This document shows positions 47,465 through 57,655 of a stretch of DNA of 64,000 bases, one piece after another. Where the stretch lies: assembly GCA_000002435.2 (NCBI GenBank), contig CM018792.1. One strand, written 5' to 3'. The notes beneath the pieces are model-generated. The model was given only the letters and a program-made list of their open reading frames with translations, searched no databases and was not told the origin of the DNA. Made by a program: the position numbers and the translations under genes. The first letter of the stretch is position 1; every line of letters begins with the position of its first letter. The DNA is from Giardia intestinalis (taxonomy: Eukaryota).

Positions 47465-50400
47465 ATGCACAGTTGCAATCTTCTTTCTTTTCTGTTTATA
47501 ATTGGCTCCATTTTCATGCAGTCCGAAGAACAGCATAAGGAGGTTATCGGTAGGGTGTTGGGACTTTTCTCTGAGTTGACTGCAATGCAAGATTTCTCTG
47601 AGACATATATGCAGGACTTCTACAAGGACCAGAACAATAGCTGGATACCCGAGTTTAACGACAACATGTTCCATGAAATATATAGCTATATCTTAGATAA
47701 AATGAATATGATGCAAGAAATCCAGCAACTACTTACCAACCCCTTAAAGAATATCGTCGCAGAGAGCGTCGTTGAGCCCTTTGTCCCTCCTATTTTTGAG
47801 AATCATCGGTCTTTGACCAGCAACAAGCATCGCACCTATGCCTACTCCTACCCTACCAGTGTTGATATCTCCCGGAGCTGTATACTGTACCCTCCCCCTA
47901 CTCTCTGGAAAGGACAGTCTTTGTACCTAAATATCATGCGTCCCTTCAAGCAGCTGATCTCCAACGACATATCTTCCTTTCTAAGTGTGGGGGAGCAGGC
48001 CTTCATCATCGGGGCAGAAGGCGACGTGCGTATTTACCCCTGCCAATCACACACATATAGAAATGATGGTCGTTATACAACGCTATTTAGAAGCATCTAC
48101 ACCCTGAACACCTCCAAGTATTTAGATGTGCTGATAGATTCTAGCATCTTAGCCGGTAAAAGGCGGCGCCTTGTCAGCCGTCTCATAGCTGCCACTATTA
48201 TTAATAGTTTCCGCGAAGGTACGAAGATACGAATCTTTACTATCAGTGATAAACTCACTAAGATTTACGAGGGGTCGAATACACTATTAAATATTTCGCT
48301 ACTCTGTGACTACGACCATGTCGACGGATACTATGTAAAGCACTCCATCCTACTAGCGTATCTGTCGGAGCTCACATCTCAAACAGAGTTAGTGACAGTA
48401 ATCATCTCTGGCGTCTATAGCCGCTCCCGTAGATTTCTTAGGTTTACTGTCCCTCCAAACTTGGACATCTGTCTCATTCAGACCCAATCTAATTTAGAAA
48501 TAGACTGGCTTTACAATGCAGAGACCATGCAATTTCTTGCCAGGTACAACTTTTCTACTAACGGCTATAGCGCGCCCTCAAATATCTCTCAAGAAATAGC
48601 TCTAACCTGTAAGTTTTTGCTTGATCTTTCTAAAGGCCAAGGTTACACTTATAGCGACAGAATTAATGAAGAACTTAAACGCATCTCTTATCAATCAACA
48701 GAGTGGTTGAAGGTGTTCTACAACCAGACTTCCTTCACCGTGCTCAACTTCACACGCATTACGCACGAGTGCATCACCTCCAACAAGTGCGAGTATCGAA
48801 CAGCCCTAGAACCTGTCCTCGCACGCTACCGTGCTACCCACACTGTACTGACGCCGCCTACATCAATTTCTAGTGCCCATAATTATCAATTTATGCCGTT
48901 CATTGTCACCCCGCTAATGTTCGGCGGAGACTTTATTGGCATTGTAGCGTGTTCTCTCAATATGGATGCTCTCATCTCTCTCTCTAAGCTGAGTCTGTTT
49001 TATTACCTCTATGGCTCCATCAATCTCATCAACTTTGCTTCCCAATCTATCATTTACACCAGTGACTACGGTGATTGGGGCCTGCTAAGAAACTACACAG
49101 ATATCTACAGCTCCAAAACGCTCATCAATCCTAAGTTTTCCAAGACAAGTCAGGTGTCCCAGCTATTCAGCGTCTTCTTGCAAGCTCAGCAATATGCATC
49201 GGTGGATCTCAAATTAGAATCGGCATTTGTCTCAGGCATAAGTCTAGACTCGTTCCTCTCTAGTCCTGCAGAGAAATCAACAGCGTCTAGGTGCTACTCT
49301 AGTGTTCTTTATGATTCAGATTTGTATACAGATCCCAAGATCATTTACGATCGATCATCCAAATTAGTAGTTGAGGACCAAGGCAGGTACGAGTCTATCG
49401 AGCAGAAGAGTTCTGTAAGCAGTTACAATTATGTCTACTTTGTTTGTCACCTCTTCAGTCCACTCTCGCATAATATAGATAGCACCATTTCCTTATTCTT
49501 CATTACATCCACCGTTAACTTTCTGCCCAATACTTTGAAAAGAAATGTGCAAGTCCAGGATCTAAATATATCTACTATGAATGATCTCCTGAAGAAGATT
49601 GCGTTGAGTTCGGAGCAGGAACAGAAGTTCACAAACGGCTTATCATTTGAGCTATCTACCGACTTGATTGAAGTGTTTATTAACGGAACCCCGCTCTATG
49701 CGCATAACTTCCTTGCAACATATAGGAATACTTCCAGAATAATCAGCGCCTTAAAGAATATCATCCTAAAGCCAGACGTTACAACGCAAATTCTTACAGA
49801 AGGCATTGAGCTTAGCGTTAAAGAGTATGTCTATAGCTACATGCGGTTAACGCTCCTGTACCTCAAAAGCATCTTTTCTCAGTATGTCAGCAGCAATGCC
49901 TTCCAAACAACTTATAGCAACATACCAGAGAAGATATGCTCATCATACTTTTGGTTTGGCAGACTTTGCGTCTCCTTGGGTACGGATTCAAGCGCATTTG
50001 TCCGCACGCCTTTGATGATCTCTAAGTTACAGAAGGCCGCGATAACAAAGGGCCCCATAAGCTTCTACACAGGCAACCCAGCTCTCTACTCTGTAGAGAC
50101 ATGTTTCATCACAGTGTATCCAGATGCGTCCATTGAACGGGGTATCACTATCGGGCGAGGTCCTTACTTTGATTTCGGTAAGATTAAATACACACCTACC
50201 TTACTCTCGTATCTGAACAGGACTATCAGGACCGCAATACAGGCAAACGGTGGCCAATCAAGATGCGTTTTTGATTGTGTTGCTGAAAAGGAACTCCAGA
50301 GCTTTAATCCGGCAGACTTTAACGCAGACAGCATGGTGCTAAACGCGTGTGTTGGAAGTGACCTCATCTTGAGACTGGACAAGTATGGTACCATTGGTTC

Positions 50401-51283
50401 TCCGGGGTTTGCTTATGAAACAGTGTACTTAACAGATCAGAATACCGTGTACGATTCATTTATAATATATTTAAAACATTCTCACCCATTCACAGGCCAC
50501 TTGCACATAATGAGCACCTTGCATATTAACTCTCTTAAGTTTTATAATACAATGAACAAAGGTCTTGCAGCAGAGAATCAATGCAACTATCCTAATTGTA
50601 GTATTGTTCTTTTGAATGATAACTTATACGCAGTGTACAATAAAGAAATAACTAGTGTACCTAAGTCAAAATTGTATAGCCACACACGCAGTGCAGAGGT
50701 TGCAAACGTATTCTGTAGGAACGGTGTATATGACTTGTCGTTTAACGGAGTTGCATTCAACAGTGGAGTGGGGTATATAACACCATTACTATGCTCTGGC
50801 AACATCTGTGTGCAGTACGCCATGACCCCCGACATACTGACCTATGCTATCAATCTGTCAGTTCTCGGATTGAACAAGATTGATCGCGTCTTGGGAATAA
50901 GCAAGACGGGCCTTTACTTATACTATTCCAGTAACGACAAGACATCAGTTATTAAGCGCTACGGTCAAACGCTGTGCCTGAAGTCCTACACAGTCCTTGA
51001 GGATACTCTTGCATCACTCCTATCCAGTGCCCACGAGTTTAAGTACAGTAATAAAAACATCACCATCACAGGGTACAGAATAAGCGACACAATCTCTGGC
51101 AGCATGGAGCACATCCCATACTCTCTCTACATTTCATACTCGTCCGTTAAAAGTATCGCATTTACTGCCATTATGACACTGATTGGGCTCATACTTGCAC
51201 TGCTAAGCACTCAAACGATGATGAGAATATCTGTAGACGGCATTCGTCTACACATGTACTTAAATAGCCTTATAGAGCAATAG
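47465..51283 (+). CDS. large type-I membrane protein (1272 aa): signal peptide, Ser/Tyr/Asn-rich ectodomain with many N-x-S/T sequons, single C-terminal TM helix
   Basis: N-terminal MHSCNLLSFLFIIGSIFMQS; C-terminal IAFTAIMTLIGLILALLSTQ followed by a short tail. Cysteine-poor, so not VSP/HCMP-like. Confidence 0.5.
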   Translation: MHSCNLLSFLFIIGSIFMQSEEQHKEVIGRVLGLFSELTAMQDFSETYMQDFYKDQNNSWIPEFNDNMFHEIYSYILDKMNMMQEIQQLLTNPLKNIVAESVVEPFVPPIFENHRSLTSNKHRTYAYSYPTSVDISRSCILYPPPTLWKGQSLYLNIMRPFKQLISNDISSFLSVGEQAFIIGAEGDVRIYPCQSHTYRNDGRYTTLFRSIYTLNTSKYLDVLIDSSILAGKRRRLVSRLIAATIINSFREGTKIRIFTISDKLTKIYEGSNTLLNISLLCDYDHVDGYYVKHSILLAYLSELTSQTELVTVIISGVYSRSRRFLRFTVPPNLDICLIQTQSNLEIDWLYNAETMQFLARYNFSTNGYSAPSNISQEIALTCKFLLDLSKGQGYTYSDRINEELKRISYQSTEWLKVFYNQTSFTVLNFTRITHECITSNKCEYRTALEPVLARYRATHTVLTPPTSISSAHNYQFMPFIVTPLMFGGDFIGIVACSLNMDALISLSKLSLFYYLYGSINLINFASQSIIYTSDYGDWGLLRNYTDIYSSKTLINPKFSKTSQVSQLFSVFLQAQQYASVDLKLESAFVSGISLDSFLSSPAEKSTASRCYSSVLYDSDLYTDPKIIYDRSSKLVVEDQGRYESIEQKSSVSSYNYVYFVCHLFSPLSHNIDSTISLFFITSTVNFLPNTLKRNVQVQDLNISTMNDLLKKIALSSEQEQKFTNGLSFELSTDLIEVFINGTPLYAHNFLATYRNTSRIISALKNIILKPDVTTQILTEGIELSVKEYVYSYMRLTLLYLKSIFSQYVSSNAFQTTYSNIPEKICSSYFWFGRLCVSLGTDSSAFVRTPLMISKLQKAAITKGPISFYTGNPALYSVETCFITVYPDASIERGITIGRGPYFDFGKIKYTPTLLSYLNRTIRTAIQANGGQSRCVFDCVAEKELQSFNPADFNADSMVLNACVGSDLILRLDKYGTIGSPGFAYETVYLTDQNTVYDSFIIYLKHSHPFTGHLHIMSTLHINSLKFYNTMNKGLAAENQCNYPNCSIVLLNDNLYAVYNKEITSVPKSKLYSHTRSAEVANVFCRNGVYDLSFNGVAFNSGVGYITPLLCSGNICVQYAMTPDILTYAINLSVLGLNKIDRVLGISKTGLYLYYSSNDKTSVIKRYGQTLCLKSYTVLEDTLASLLSSAHEFKYSNKNITITGYRISDTISGSMEHIPYSLYISYSSVKSIAFTAIMTLIGLILALLSTQTMMRISVDGIRLHMYLNSLIEQ

Positions 51284-51287
51284 TACT

Positions 51288-53852
51288 CTACTCGTTGTCC
51301 TCTGATGGCGGAGGCAGTGAGACTGGGGTTACATGGTTTTTGAAGTGTCTTCCTGCGATAGGTGCATCGTTTCCGAAGCTATTAGAAAGCAAAAGCCCGT
51401 TCCACACTGCAAACTCCGCTATCCTGCCAGTGAGATCTATAGAGCTTGTTATAGTAATTCGGGAGTCGGAATGTATATTCTTAAGCACCTTTTTCCACAA
51501 TATAAGCCGGATGACACGCGGGTAACTGGCTAAAAAGAGATCTCTAAGTTGCACGAGCGTCACTGCTGCGAATCCTGGAAGCTTTGCATCACCAGGCTTC
51601 GCCACCTGAAGCATATCTACCTTATAATCGTGGAGATATGTCTTGATGCGCCTTGCAATGTACCCAGCAATGACGTATACTCCTATCTTTGTTGCTATGT
51701 AGAGTGAGCCAGCAATGGATACCGTGCATTGAAGTATTTTTCCTAGAGCAGCAGCGGGATCTCTATGAAACCAAAACTTGAACTTGCATTCTAGACTAAA
51801 TCGTGGCAACGAGTGCGTGAAAACGTTTGTATTGGATAAAATATAGATGTATTGCTTATGCATGCAGTCCTGGAAGGAGTCATCTGAGTCACACTGGACT
51901 ACACTGCGTATATTTCTGGCTTCTTCCGGAAGACGGAACTTTATATTTGGTGGTAGATATACTTCATTGTCTGTTCCTTCGTGCAAAATAGCCTGTGTAA
52001 GAGCCTCAAGTACATCGTTTTGAAGGATATCAGTATAGGTTGTCACCAGATCCTTCAAGGAATCTGCGCTAAGTATGCCATTTGTGCTTGTTTGATTGAC
52101 CACCGAAAATATCAGTGAGTTGCGACGGAGAAATCTGCTGATGGTCCTAGTCTGTAGTAGAGGTAGACTAGTGTCCACTGTGATTTTGCGGCCTCTAGAC
52201 CTGCAAAACAGGCTGCCCTTGTATGCCTGAAGCTCATGATCAAGAGCCTGGAGAAGAGAAGATAGTTTTGTAGTCACCCCACTTGCTCGCTGGCAACGCA
52301 TACGCCTACGCAGAACAGGGGCGCGTGTCATAAAGCCATAGCTATACTGTATTTGAGATAAGCTATAGCTATCATCACCGTTGATGTCTGATGACCGTGA
52401 TGCAGCGTCACTCATATGTTTGTACGCACCTGGCATCCAGCGAGCCATGGCGTTGTTACCAATTGCACTGAAGAAGTTTCGTGCGGAAACAAAGGAGACT
52501 TGGGGGTAAAATGAATTATTGGAAGGGGCCCTTTGATAGCCAGGCATGCAAGACGTCAGGAGTCCACCTGAGCAGGTGCCAAAGGTCGGACATGGCTCTG
52601 TAATACCATACTGAGCAGATGTGTGTGTCAATGTCTCTGTGTATACCGGACCAGAGAAAATGCATGCGAAAAGTACGCTGATTACGTGCGAAATGACGGG
52701 TATCTGTGGCTTTACCGGGTCTGAGGCAAGGGAGAACAACTGATATGATACAACTAGTAAGACGAAAATGAAAGACAATCGAACTAACGTAGGATGTGAG
52801 TGTATGGTAGTCTTGAAATTATAGGCATTGTGTTCATCCTCGTACTGTTTGCCTTTATACAGTGGCTGTGTTTCTTGTAAGAGTGTGTCACGTCTCTTGG
52901 TTGATTTGTGTGTAAGATTCTTGTCTGGAACGTGCACGGTTGACCCACGGTGACTATGTACACTTCTCTCCAGCTGCACACGTCCATATGCAGTGTGAGA
53001 AGCATCCCTAGGTATAGATGATGATCCTATGTGAGGGTACGGGTTTGTAGGTGCCTCTATTCTGATGGTGGGGGTTTTGACCGGAAACTGCCCGGCACCT
53101 TCACTCTTGCACAACTCCTTCTGGCTCTCGACACGTTTTTCTTTACTTTTACTTCTGTGCCTCTCGCTACTTTTATGCTTTTTGGTTGTGTTCTTGGAAC
53201 TGTGCTTCATCTCTGCATGGACTTGCATCTGAGAGCTAGAGTGCTTATCCCTACCTTTATCTATATATGATGATTTGCGGAGCACAGACCTTGCTATCTC
53301 TTGTTGGTCAACAGGAGATACTGTCAGAGTTGTTTTAGATTTCTCAGTCTGAGACTTTCCATCTAGTTTAGAAGAACCAGTAGAAGGTGCTGAAGCTGTA
53401 CTATCCTTTCGCTCCCCTGGAGTCCGCTCAACTCCGTACGGATTTTTCATCCTTTTCAAAGGTGACACGGGCTTGGCAGCATCTACTTCGTTTTCACGGA
53501 CAAGTTGCTCATGTAATGCATAATCGTTGAAGGCTCCTGTGAAGTCAAAGGCAGACTGCGTGAGATCACCTCTCCCCACTTTGCTATAGTTTAAGTTCTG
53601 ATTTACGGCAACAAGCTGTTCATCGATAGCATCTACAAACCCTCCGATATCAAAAGATTCTGATTGCGGACGGCTTCGTGGCCCCCTACTAACAGTTCGT
53701 AAGTAGTTTGAGCGAAGCTGAGCAAACTGCTTTATTAGGGTCGCCTTGGTTGCGCGCTCCTCAGGGACTCCACCAAACTCGGTAATAGCCCTCTTGAGGT
53801 CAATGACACGGAGCCGAGATGGATCTGTGTTGAGGTAGTCGTTGGGGTCCAT
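51288..53852 (-). CDS. putative inner-nuclear-membrane protein: N-terminal HeH/LEM-like domain, two TM helices, C-terminal domain (Src1/Heh/Man1-like architecture)
   Basis: The N-terminus MDPNDYLNTDPSRLRVIDLKRAITEFGGVPEERATKATLIKQFAQL aligns with the Src1/Heh HeH consensus (DP..[LM]KV..LRRIL.E..V.FP...RK..L..LF). Hydrophobic helices at about aa 345-365 and 700-725. Basic/Ser-rich region between them. Confidence 0.4.
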   Translation of the reverse strand: MDPNDYLNTDPSRLRVIDLKRAITEFGGVPEERATKATLIKQFAQLRSNYLRTVSRGPRSRPQSESFDIGGFVDAIDEQLVAVNQNLNYSKVGRGDLTQSAFDFTGAFNDYALHEQLVRENEVDAAKPVSPLKRMKNPYGVERTPGERKDSTASAPSTGSSKLDGKSQTEKSKTTLTVSPVDQQEIARSVLRKSSYIDKGRDKHSSSQMQVHAEMKHSSKNTTKKHKSSERHRSKSKEKRVESQKELCKSEGAGQFPVKTPTIRIEAPTNPYPHIGSSSIPRDASHTAYGRVQLERSVHSHRGSTVHVPDKNLTHKSTKRRDTLLQETQPLYKGKQYEDEHNAYNFKTTIHSHPTLVRLSFIFVLLVVSYQLFSLASDPVKPQIPVISHVISVLFACIFSGPVYTETLTHTSAQYGITEPCPTFGTCSGGLLTSCMPGYQRAPSNNSFYPQVSFVSARNFFSAIGNNAMARWMPGAYKHMSDAASRSSDINGDDSYSLSQIQYSYGFMTRAPVLRRRMRCQRASGVTTKLSSLLQALDHELQAYKGSLFCRSRGRKITVDTSLPLLQTRTISRFLRRNSLIFSVVNQTSTNGILSADSLKDLVTTYTDILQNDVLEALTQAILHEGTDNEVYLPPNIKFRLPEEARNIRSVVQCDSDDSFQDCMHKQYIYILSNTNVFTHSLPRFSLECKFKFWFHRDPAAALGKILQCTVSIAGSLYIATKIGVYVIAGYIARRIKTYLHDYKVDMLQVAKPGDAKLPGFAAVTLVQLRDLFLASYPRVIRLILWKKVLKNIHSDSRITITSSIDLTGRIAEFAVWNGLLLSNSFGNDAPIAGRHFKNHVTPVSLPPPSEDNE

Positions 53853-53907
53853 GACGTCTTTTTGCTTATGGTTTACAAAGAGATGTTTCGCTTATGATTT
53901 GCGAGGT

Positions 53908-54489
53908 TTAGGAGTCTTGTTGAAGATCGGTATCTAAAACATCTACTGCGTCTGTATATCCTCTCTTTAAAGCCCAGTCTCTAGCACTCTTAAGATCAGC
54001 AAACTGTGCATGCTTGGAAATCTTGGCAACAATATCTTTGCTACATCGTGCTATTGCCCGTAGAAGAGTAAGGGGAGCGGAACACTCCTCGGGGACATGC
54101 AAAAGAAGATCGATGGCAGCTGGATTCTGGCAATCGAGCCCCCATGTCAGGGCAGTCCAACCCATGAAACAGCGAATGCCAACTTCGTGTTCTAGAAGCA
54201 ATGAAATAATGTCTACACTTCCGCGTTTGGCTGCATGCATGAGAGCTGTGCAGCCAAAGTTGTCCTGTATCTTGGCTTCACACGGGGCGAGGAGCCGCGT
54301 ACACTCCAGCTGCTCATTCATGACTGCCAACATGAGCGCAGTATAACCGTGTCTATCCTGCTGCCCCTTTTGTTTGAGGTATCTTTGAACGCTCTTCGCA
54401 TCTCCTTTTATCGCTGCAGACATCAAGAGCGTATGCTCTGTGGGTGGGACATCATCTTCAAAAATGGACCGCACGACAGCTGCAGTCAT
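53908..54489 (-). CDS. ankyrin-repeat protein
   Basis: Tandem ANK units (GYTALMLAV..., GCTALMHAAKRGSVDIISLLL, GWTALTWGL). The track start at 54498 is TTG; the ATG is at complement 54487-54489. Confidence 0.6.
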   Translation of the reverse strand: MTAAVVRSIFEDDVPPTEHTLLMSAAIKGDAKSVQRYLKQKGQQDRHGYTALMLAVMNEQLECTRLLAPCEAKIQDNFGCTALMHAAKRGSVDIISLLLEHEVGIRCFMGWTALTWGLDCQNPAAIDLLLHVPEECSAPLTLLRAIARCSKDIVAKISKHAQFADLKSARDWALKRGYTDAVDVLDTDLQQDS

Positions 54490-54637
54490 GGGCGGCAAAG
54501 TTCACTACAATTAATTTTACCGCTCAACTCCAGTCAGCAAAGCGAAGCAAGACAACCGAGAGTTACACATAGCACACACGTTCAGCTACGCATTAGCGTA
54601 ATGGTACCTAAGTAGATTTAAGTGTAGACCCGTGGAC

Positions 54638-55093
54638 TCAGTCTCTATGGGAACCCTTGTCCTTAACGGCATGCTTCTTTTCGCGCCACTCCCGCATTTT
54701 CTCCCGCTTTGCAGCTGTTGTTCGTTCTGTCCGCATCTTTCGCCGCGCCTTTTCTTCCTTACGCTGCCGGTGGTGCTCGTCTCTCTCTGCCTTCAACTCT
54801 TTCACAAACTCTGCTCTCTCTGCCTGCCACGCCTCTTCAGTTGCGAAATGTTCTGGGGTCTCCTGATGCGCCATAGCTTCTTCTTCCGTTTTAAACTTCA
54901 GCTTGCAAGACTGACAGTAGTAGTACTCATCTTCATCACTATTTTCAAAGAGGTCATTGAATTCATCGAGTATGTAAAGGTGCTTCTCTTCCGCTGTCAA
55001 GGTAGCTGGGTCTATCTCGTCATTGCTACTAATGTCGTCACTAATCTCAGGCGTGGGATCTTTAGGTTTGGACAGTTGTTTCCAGAGGGACAT
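54638..55093 (-). CDS. small highly charged protein with a single U1/matrin-like C2H2 zinc finger
   Basis: YYCQSCKLKFKTEEEAMAHQETPEH followed by a Lys/Arg/Glu-rich helical tail. The overlapping + strand ORF 54632-55243 looks like antisense noise. Confidence 0.45.
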   Translation of the reverse strand: MSLWKQLSKPKDPTPEISDDISSNDEIDPATLTAEEKHLYILDEFNDLFENSDEDEYYYCQSCKLKFKTEEEAMAHQETPEHFATEEAWQAERAEFVKELKAERDEHHRQRKEEKARRKMRTERTTAAKREKMREWREKKHAVKDKGSHRD

Positions 55094-55342
55094 TTGAAGC
55101 TTGAGTTTTTTGATTTCATTTATTCTACTCAGGCGTCCTACGAGGCAGGGATCTTGGAATATTCAGCCGCATCTCTAACGCTGAACCATATGTTGCAGGT
55201 TATAGATATATGTTTAGCTTTTACTGAACGATGTGTTCACTAACTATGCACATAACGGCTAATATTAAGGAAAAGGCATCAAGTATATGAAGTACACCTC
55301 AGCGTACTATGCATAGACGCAAAAAGGCTTGCTTCTAAATGC

Positions 55343-57604
55343 CTACGAGTCTTCTACAAATAAAAGCTCTAAAGTTACCTTGTTACACTTGGGACAAACA
55401 GGATTGCTGGCCAGCTTAACAGACCTCTTAGGGTCAATAATCATGTGGCAGCATGGAATGGCGATTGCTACGGGGACCCCCGGCGGAGGCAACACAGGAC
55501 CCTTAGGTTTAGAAGCGTTGGCATTAAGCTGCTTCATGAGCTTCATGAGCTCATCTGCAGTTTGCTGGCTTGCTGTGCAGCGTATTTGAAGTTCTCTGTG
55601 CTCTTGTTCGCATGCCTGGAGTTTTGCTTGGAGCTGGGATATTTCCTGTCGCTGACCTCTTACCTGTGCTATGAGCATAGTGCTTGTCTTGTTCCTTACT
55701 GCCTCGTCAATACTGTCCTGCGATGCCTGGGCTGCGTGCTCGTCGAGTAACTTGGTCTTTGTTCTCATGGCGCTCAGTTCATTTTCCTTAAGGATTACAC
55801 GGCGTTCTAGCGCATAGTTAAGCTCCTCTAGGCCACGTATCTCCAAGTTCATTGCATCTATTTCTCGCTGCTTGTCATCAATTTGCTCTTCAAGAGAGTG
55901 CAGCTCTAGAATCCTAGCTTCTGCACTTTGCTTTGTGTGTGTTGCTGCAGTACCCTGTAATTGATATGAGTCGCTGTATATTTGTCTAGTTGTATCGGCA
56001 CGGCTTAGCTGCGCTCGGTACACTTCGCACTCCTTCTCCTTAATCCGAATCTGGTCAGAAAGCACGGTTAGCTCCTTGATAAGGTCGTGGATATCTGCAT
56101 TAACTTTGCGTATCTCTTCGCGTGTATTTGTATCTGCCTGTGAGTATGCGTGGCTGAGCATTGACCTTCCATCTGCAGTCACATTGTCTTCTACGGATAT
56201 GCTCGTCAAAGACGGTGCGTCATCAGCTGGTGGGGCAGGTATGCTGCCTTGCATCTCTGAGCGGGGCTGTGCAACATTTTTATAAACCAGTGGACGGGGC
56301 AGTGTTCCTGCGACTGGTGTGTGCTTAATAAAGACATTAGATATTGGGCTGGAAGCTATGCGTGGGTCGTCAATAATGTATGTCACGGGTTTCTCTGCAG
56401 TTGCATCACTTTTCTTCGGAGTGGCTTCTGAGCTGAGTGGAGAAAGATACTTTTGGGCTGTCTCCTTCTGCCATGAATACGGCTCATTGAGTGATGGGGT
56501 CCCAGTGGCTGACACCTTAGCATTCCAAGAGGAATCGGTGTATTTTTTAGCCAAGCCCACGGCATCTACGGGCTGCAACTTTATGTCAGCTTGCTCTACT
56601 TTTTCTACTTGCTCATCCAATGAAGTAATAGGATCAGCCTGCTGAGGGGGGCTCCTATCTTTTGGTTGGGCAAGGATGTAAGGCATAGGTATTCCAGACG
56701 ATTGTCCCTCCTGCGTTGACACCATAGCATCCGTCATAAAGGAAACAGCAGTTGAGTCTGTAAAGGAGGTTTTAGATAAGTTCATAGATCCTCGTTTGCT
56801 GGGTGAAGGATCCCGAATCGCAATGCTCGAATCCCTCGTTCGTGACACGGAAGTTGGTGAATGAGTTCGTGATCGGTCTCGTATTGATGCCCTCTGCCGG
56901 ACAGTCTGTTCACGCTCAGTCATGGATGAAAATGCAGACGTTGTGCTTGCACCCAGGATGCCAGATGACTCTGCAGCTAGGTGATGTATGATCGCAACAT
57001 CCTCTCCACCGCTGGAGTCTTGAAGCACAGAGGCAGCAAAACGCCCTTGACCCAATAAGTCCTCTTCCTCGGTAAGGATGGCCATGACGCCACTATGGCC
57101 GCCAAGCTCTGCATAGTGGATGGCAGCCTTGCCCTTGTTGTTCGTCATGTGTTTTTCGTACTCTACAAGGGTTGCAACGACGGCATCATGTCCTGCCTCC
57201 GCAGCGTACATCATGGCGGTCTTTCCCTCGTCGTTCTGCATGCATTTCTCTAGCTCCACAAGGTCGAGAACGACGTCATAGTGACCCGCTTCTGCTGCAT
57301 ACATCATGGCAGTTTTTCCTCTTTTGTTCAGTAATTTTCCTTCTCGAGAAGCCAGAATGCTTACTATATCTTTAGACCCATTCTTGGCTGCACACATCAG
57401 TGCAGTGAGACCTTGTGCATTCACACTTCTCGCCTCTAGAGGAGCCAATATTTCCGCTATCTGAGTGTTACCCGCCTTTGCTGCCAAAATAAGGGCAGTG
57501 TTGCCCTTCGAGTCTGCTCCTCCTGCTAGATGCTTGTTCTGTTGAACCTGGTCAACATTCTCAGCTCGAACCGCTTCTATGAGAGGGTTGTCAACTGCGT
57601 TCAT
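55343..57604 (-). CDS. ankyrin-repeat + coiled-coil protein with C-terminal C-x-H...C-P-K-C zinc knuckle ('21.1'-like family)
   Basis: At least 5 N-terminal ANK repeats; Ser/Thr-rich linker; long heptad region; tail IPCCHMIIDPKRSVKLASNPVCPKCNKVTLELLFVEDS. Confidence 0.6.
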   Translation of the reverse strand: MNAVDNPLIEAVRAENVDQVQQNKHLAGGADSKGNTALILAAKAGNTQIAEILAPLEARSVNAQGLTALMCAAKNGSKDIVSILASREGKLLNKRGKTAMMYAAEAGHYDVVLDLVELEKCMQNDEGKTAMMYAAEAGHDAVVATLVEYEKHMTNNKGKAAIHYAELGGHSGVMAILTEEEDLLGQGRFAASVLQDSSGGEDVAIIHHLAAESSGILGASTTSAFSSMTEREQTVRQRASIRDRSRTHSPTSVSRTRDSSIAIRDPSPSKRGSMNLSKTSFTDSTAVSFMTDAMVSTQEGQSSGIPMPYILAQPKDRSPPQQADPITSLDEQVEKVEQADIKLQPVDAVGLAKKYTDSSWNAKVSATGTPSLNEPYSWQKETAQKYLSPLSSEATPKKSDATAEKPVTYIIDDPRIASSPISNVFIKHTPVAGTLPRPLVYKNVAQPRSEMQGSIPAPPADDAPSLTSISVEDNVTADGRSMLSHAYSQADTNTREEIRKVNADIHDLIKELTVLSDQIRIKEKECEVYRAQLSRADTTRQIYSDSYQLQGTAATHTKQSAEARILELHSLEEQIDDKQREIDAMNLEIRGLEELNYALERRVILKENELSAMRTKTKLLDEHAAQASQDSIDEAVRNKTSTMLIAQVRGQRQEISQLQAKLQACEQEHRELQIRCTASQQTADELMKLMKQLNANASKPKGPVLPPPGVPVAIAIPCCHMIIDPKRSVKLASNPVCPKCNKVTLELLFVEDS

Positions 57605-57655
57605 CCCAGTAACAATTAAGTAAATTCTCTCATTTACTCAAGTATTGTAAAAAGT

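Noticed and set aside
54632-55243. 203-aa + strand ORF
   Set aside because: It lies exactly antisense to the charged C2H2 zinc-finger gene 54638-55093. Its product is Leu/Phe/Cys-rich nonsense typical of the antisense of a Lys/Glu/Arg-rich gene.
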